DNA from: Ramazzottius varieornatus | Lineage: Eukaryota; Animalia; Tardigrada | Assembly (NCBI GenBank): GCA_001949185.1 | Contig: BDGG01000013.1 | Coordinates: forward strand, 62,001 to 126,000 | DNA: 64,000 nt | Direction: 5' to 3' | Shown: piece by piece, positions 36,370 to 64,000 of the stretch | Numbering within the stretch: position 1 is the first letter of the stretch | How the letters are laid out: each line of letters begins with the position of its first letter | Notes under the pieces: model-generated | Database searches by the model: none | Told to the model about the DNA's origin: nothing | Seen by the model: the letters and a program-made list of their open reading frames with translations, nothing else | Translations under genes and position numbers: made by a program

Positions 36370-38230
36370 TGGAGCACTAACGACATTTTCCCCTCGAAAC
36401 CTAACGGCCTCGAACGCGAAGAACTCTTTCCCTTAAAAACCAGCCAGTCCCGAATAGCTCTTTCCCCTAAGAGCCTCGTCTTCGAACAACTTCCAACGCG
36501 AAGACCATTCAACCCGAAGACCCTTTCCACGAAGAATGCTTGCCACTGCACACGTTTCCAAAAAACCCCTAATCGTTGCACAATGTTCACCTCCCTGAAC
36601 TGCTGATAGAGAGTTTGATACTTGCCTGGTTTAGTTTACTGTTTTGAATCAGCACAGCAATCAGACTTCGCCCACCAGCTACACTAAACACGCAGAGGTT
36701 GCGACCCGTTATGCCAGGCTCGTAATAGCGTAGTTCAACGTACGTACAACGGCAGTCGCGAACCAGCAGTTGAAGAGGCAGTTAGAGCGCTGTACACAAA
36801 GCTACAGTTGAAAGCTACAGTTCACGGCAAGTAGCCAACGCTACAGTTAAACCTACAGTCGTATAGATGAGCAGCTTTTGCAAAGCCACAGTTAACGGCA
36901 CCGTCAACTGTAGCTCTGCGCGCACGTCCAGTAAGCTGACATCGACGGTAGGTTTAACTGTAGTTTTGATCACAGACGAGTATTTTGGAAACTGCAGTTT
37001 CAGCTGTAGTCTTGACGCTATATTCTACATCGGAAAAGAAAGCGCTTTTGTCTTTCGAATTCTGCTTCCGCATCGTGTCCAAAGCTGCTAGCCACTTTTT
37101 TCAACGCGGCGTCGAATTCCGAGTTGGTTTTGTGGTCAGCTATGGTTCTGTGTTTCGTGCACGAGTTGTCTACTATGGCCGGGTCGATGAAACGATCGTG
37201 ACAACAAGCAAAAAGAAATTTTCCAGTGAGACTGGGACTGTGAGGTAGAAATTCGAAACTTGCCAGCTGGAAAAAGTCAAAAGATGCCGTAAAATAGACG
37301 ACAGGTAAAGTTTACGGATTGAAGTAGCATCATGCCTGCTACGTAGTAGTCAATGCCTTCGGTGGAACATGACTAGGCCACTAACCACTTTCTACTAAAC
37401 AGGGCTTAGTGGGCCGTACGCGCTAAGCACCGATCAGGAATTCGCATAGTATTGTGGGTTCAGTGCGTTCAGGTCCGCCTCCATCGCCTGATCTGATTGG
37501 CTGACCACTGTGCTAATTCAACTTACTAAACTGAACAAGGCGAGTATCAACCTCCGGAATGAATATTTTCCGTAAGATATCATTTTGGATCGTAACATGT
37601 GGTACGCCAACATTCGAAAACTGGCCAGTCAAACTAAAAAGTTAATTATTGGAAAAAGATTTAGGCTGAAGACGATTGGGAAGGCTCAAATTAACAGTGC
37701 ACAAAATTTGTGAACAAAATTTGGGAGAAGACTCAAAATCAAAATTTCATGCAAAGCGTAAATCGGAATTGTGATTGTTTGGCGCTGCCCGTGTCGATGC
37801 GATCGATGCAACGGTCATCTGCTCAAGATTATTTAGGCAGTGCCTCGCGTCACTGCGGGTCGGCTCGAAAGAGATTCTATCACGGATTCGAGCCGCGGGA
37901 AATTCATCACTGACTTATCGTTCCGTTAATCAGGAAAGGCAAGGGTAGATACGAAACAAGAGATTTCGATTCTGACCGACGATTCCATGGTTTTAGCGAC
38001 GATTGGTCGTCGGAGCCGAAGTTATTAGGCTTCGTGATTGTTAGGAGCCGAAGCTTTTAGGGGCCGTGGTTGCTCGGGGCCGAAGTTCTTAGGGAATAAG
38101 GACATGTTTTAGGGGAAGGTGTCGTTTGGAGACGAAGCATTTTGGGGAAAGAGTTCTTCTAGTTCGGGGTTCTTCGGATTTACGCTTAGTGGAAATTGTG
38201 ACTAGAAGATAACGTGCCCCACCGCTCCGG
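36370..38230. mobile_element. Probable large non-autonomous DNA element with inverted subterminal motif arrays
   Basis: Arrays of CTCTTTCCCC/CGAA-type motifs at ~36375-36540 and their reverse complements at ~38000-38225. The right part is homologous to 661-785. Exact termini are unresolved. Confidence 0.4.
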
Positions 38231-39130
38231 GTAGTGGGTAGTGGGTAAAAAGATTTGATCAACAGCGAACCACCCGACAACAGGATGACTAAGAGTCCAT
38301 TACTGTTTAACCTGTATTTGACACGACAGACTTACGCGATATGGATAAGTTACTTTTCGGGACAGAAACGAAGCAAACGCGGCAAGTGTATCAAATGCTA
38401 CTGAATAAAAAGTGGCGTCGGCCTACAGTGGACTTAAGATTACGCTGATACAATCAGGTCGAGTTGTCCACGTACACAGGTGCAAAACCAGTCTCATGTG
38501 TGGGCCCGAAAGGCATGCATGTTTTCCGCCGGATCCCATTTAACCTCGGTGGGAAAACTGTGAATGTTTTGCGGATGATGTTTTGGATCGGCGAGCTTCT
38601 TCGGTGAGGGTGTCCGAATTTCCAAGTGCAGCAAGTACTGGAACTGGTTTCCGATGTCCCGATACCAGTAGTCTCCTGGGACAGGTAACTCTTCATTAGG
38701 GCACTACAGTCCCCACGCTCGAAACGCGTGGTCAAAGAACGCGGTTCGCGGTTGTGAACTTGAAACGTCTTACACATTCTACTGGTCAGCGTAAACTTAA
38801 ATCGTCTCGATAGACCGCACATACTGAGCGCGGTCACTCAGTTCACGGAGTCGTTCCCACTCCGTTCGCTCGTCGTTCAACGTCTTCTCTTGACCTGGTC
38901 TTTCTTTCTTGGGAGCTTTCTGCTGTGTGATTAGGCGTTCGCAGGACCTTCGTTAAGGCTACTTTGTATCGGCAAGCGTCTTTCATATCTGTTCCGGATG
39001 TGCTCATTAGAGAGGAGCCGCCCATTGATCATTCAAATTTAGAACTGATCAAAGGCAATAGTGTAAGTTTTTATTTGGTCCGCCTCCTTTGGTGATCTGG
39101 CTATTGATACATTAAACGTTTTCTCCACAG

Positions 39131-39587
39131 GAACCACCGATTCGATGGTTAGCTCTCGAGTGTACCAAGCGGAGGGAACCTACACCGTGAAGTCAGACGT
39201 ATGACCTTCTGGAATCGTTTTGTGGGAGATACTTTCACTAGGACGGTTGCCCTATAATGAATAACTGCCAAAACTTCGTAGCCACAAAGAGCTTCGCAAT
39301 TACTTCGAGTCGAGTGGACGTTTAAAATATTCGAACGACAACGTGTGGGTACCGATCCGATCTACAGTAGTTTTCACTCTCTTTTGTCATATCTTTTCAG
39401 GTTTGCGATTATGATAGATTGTTGGGCACTGGACCCGGTTGATCGCCCAGTCTTCGCAAAGCTCACTGAAAGGACTGGAAAATTTCTTCCGGCTCGGTTC
39501 GGACTACTTTTTTCAGCTCTTAAACTCGACGAAGAGTATGGGAAGTTCAACGAGACGCTAGACAGCGACTTTAAACCCTACCACTAG
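39131..39587 (+). pseudogene. Protein tyrosine kinase pseudogene fragment (subdomains VIII-XI, two exons)
   Basis: After the acceptor CCACAG: PPIRWLALEC, frameshift, GTYTVKSDV*PSGIVLWEILSLGRLPYNE*. Second exon from ~39401: IMIDCWALDPVDRPVFAKL. Two stops and a frameshift. Confidence 0.85.
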
Positions 39588-40453
39588 ATAGTTTTAATCT
39601 TGTCGTGCACTCGTTCCGCGATGACATCACTGCGACCGAATTAACCATTACAATGGTTCTGTCTTGTATCCGGTTCTACTGATACTACGGTAGCGCAATT
39701 CTTTGAATCAACTTCCACAGTATGATTTTCGTTCTTCGATCAAAGTCATTGAATATTGAAGCTTGTCTACCATGAATTAAGTTGGTCGGCAATCGACACC
39801 GTTAACACGTATGCGGTAGAACCGACCGGGAAACTTCGAAGAGCTAACAGGCGGTAAACACTTCTGACACGTGTATGAAGGTATGACGAAGCAGTTATCC
39901 ACAACGTACTTTTGATAGACTTTCGTGACTGAATGATGAAGCACTACTGTAAATTATCTACCAACTGAATAGTAAAACGGTCATAAAGAACTTCACGCTA
40001 GTGAATCGAGCATTCAAGATGAACGAAATTCCGCCGGTATCAGTCGGCAGTGAGACGCTTTCCTCAAACAGGTTCTTCGCTCACTTGGACGCTACTGTTT
40101 GCTCACTGCTGTGGCGAAAAACAGTTTGTTTTTGCTGATCTGGGCAAGTCTTTAGAGACTCCCCATACCGATCTCGGGCTGTTTCTCGGATTACCGACAA
40201 ACAGGGCAGGCCGGCCGGGCAGTACGTACAACAGAAGTTTTCCGCGAACTGACTCAGTTTCCTGGTGGTCATCCATTGTGCCGCCTTAGCAGGCAAGGCG
40301 CCCATCAGCAGTGAGCAGTGTGTGTTCTTCGCCTACTGATGAATTAGCGAACTGTGATTCATCTTTCGTCTTGATTTGCTCAAACAACTCGGAACTTCCG
40401 TCACCGTCGGATTTAATTTCACGAAAAAATCGAATATTCTTCAAGCTGCCGTA

Positions 40454-49882
<9,429 letters not shown>

Positions 49883-51180
49883 TTTCTTCCGACATTTCTC
49901 GATTTTCTCTTCGGTACTTGTTTCGAGAATTTTCCTTCTCTTTTGACTGAATTTCCTTTTGAATGATAACTGTATTGATTTACAACGCCGATATTATCGT
50001 TACCTGTCCAAGTAACTACCGTTTATCCTCTGTGATAGCAAAATGGATATTATGGTGCGTTTTTTTATTTCCCTTTTAAGTTTTCAGCGCTTTTAAACTT
50101 CTGAAGTACGTAGCTTTTTTATCTAATCTTTTATTACCATTAATGCATGATAATCATGATTACCGTAACTTCGCAGGAGCAAAATTCTGGTACTACAGAA
50201 CTGTTCCGGTTGATTCCCAAAAGCAGTCCATAGTCCAGACATTGCCCTGCGGTGACGTCTCTCTGAGCAATTATCGGTACTACGAGGAGAAAATAGGGGA
50301 GAGTCTGCGGAGTTTTCAATGTGAAATCGCATGGCAAAGTTGTCATTAGTAGGTGCAGCGCCTTCTCTCTCTATTTCTGTTGATGGCAACTTCACCATGC
50401 GATTTTACATTGACAACTCCGCAATCTTCTCCTCGTATCATTATACTGTAGTCTTTCCCTGAATGCAGAAAGTTATCTTACGCCAACGCAGCCAGATTGC
50501 TTGTCTGTTTTTCATACTTCTATCGAGTAATTGAATATTCGTGCTTGTTTATGGGTGGAACCAAGTTGGTCGGCAATTGACACGAACTTGCTGAAAGGAG
50601 ACAGAAGTCTGTGAGAAGAAGCTGCATACCTTTGACACCTGTATGACAGTATGACGAAGCAGTTATCCACATTCCACAACGTACTTTTTGATAGACTGGC
50701 GTACTGTAATTTATCCATCAACTGAATAGTAAAACGGTTAAACGGTCATAAAGAAATCTATGCATGTGGTCTGAGCATCCAAGATGAACGAAGGCCCGCC
50801 GGTATCGCTTCATCCTTCACGGTGTCGTTGTGTTTTTCTGTTTGCTCACCTTAATCGGTTGTGAGTGTTAACTCCGTCACGAAGCAGTTGTTTTTGCTGA
50901 TATCAGCATATTGGTGTCTAGGTATCCAATAGCCTGGACTCTGGAATAGCAGTATTATGTATATTGGAGCATATTAGCACACTAAGTTTGTTTCCTGGTC
51001 CGTGGCGTATAGCACACCAGCGGTCATTACACCCACGATCGCGAGGCCGTCTCTAGTATGCGCACTGCATATTTGGCTCACGCAACTGTGGCGATCGCCT
51101 ACTCCTACATAAGACTGTTCAAAATTGAACTGATTGAGTCGCTAGATTGATTGAATCTGATTTGATTTTCCTGCCGAATC

Positions 51181-59222
<8,042 letters not shown>

Positions 59223-59706
59223 CCTCTTCTGAGAAACTCTATGCCAACAGAAAATTCCACTGTCACTTCTGCGACTGCCTTTCGAAACTTTGGCCTTTAT
59301 CACTTGAAACACCAATTTTACTCTGCTCTGTCAAAAAAAAGCTTTGCTTGGTCTCCCGTGATATCAATTAATTTAACTGATTATCGTTTTCGTTTTCAAA
59401 CTTGATTTTATTTTAAGTACCAACAGTTTTGTCTAATCTTTGGTCACACATACAATTGATTTCCAGTGAAATTAATCTGACGTAATATCAGCCTTCAGAT
59501 TACTGTACTAGTCAGTGAAATATTATGCGAATCACCCTTCGATAACCACGTTGTCCTTATCGAACGTATGGGCGGCTCCTGCAGCACCTTACACCGATAA
59601 ACCTTGCAAACGATGATGTTCGGAACTCTCATTTAGAATAACGCAACTTTGATGAATCGAGACTTCATACTGCGGGTTTTTTCTCACAATGGGAACGAAA
59701 GACTGA

Positions 59707-64000
<4,294 letters not shown>

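Overview
Eukaryotic (metazoan invertebrate) genomic DNA with short GT-AG introns. The compact intron style is compatible with a tardigrade-like genome, but that is only an impression. Exon models were assembled by hand from splice signals and reading-frame phase. Gene content: (i) a 3-exon COUP-TF/seven-up (NR2F) nuclear receptor with a conserved DBD and a strongly diverged LBD (12765-15610 +); (ii) a head-to-head pair of spliced, signal-peptide-bearing, Asn-rich low-complexity genes that the ORF track largely misses (24977-25536 -, 85 aa; 26009-26963 +, 239 aa); (iii) an 8-exon GH18 chitinase-like gene whose catalytic motif reads FDGIFIDWLYP and is predicted inactive (27541-32327 -); (iv) a tyrosine-kinase pseudogene fragment (39131-39587); (v) three tandem ABCC/MRP1-like transporters (40454-49882, 51181-59222, 59716->64000). 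Copies 1 and 2 are a mosaic of identical and diverged tracts. Non-coding DNA holds many DNA transposons: a decayed DD37D (maT) element, mariner-like non-autonomous elements, hAT MITEs with 8-bp TSDs, TA-flanked MITEs, and more than 20 copies of a modular palindromic repeat (AAGTGGCGCAC-N~22-25-GTGCGCCACTT) enriched in introns. An assembly gap of 757 N lies at 48359-49115. There are no rRNA, tRNA or CRISPR features that I can support.
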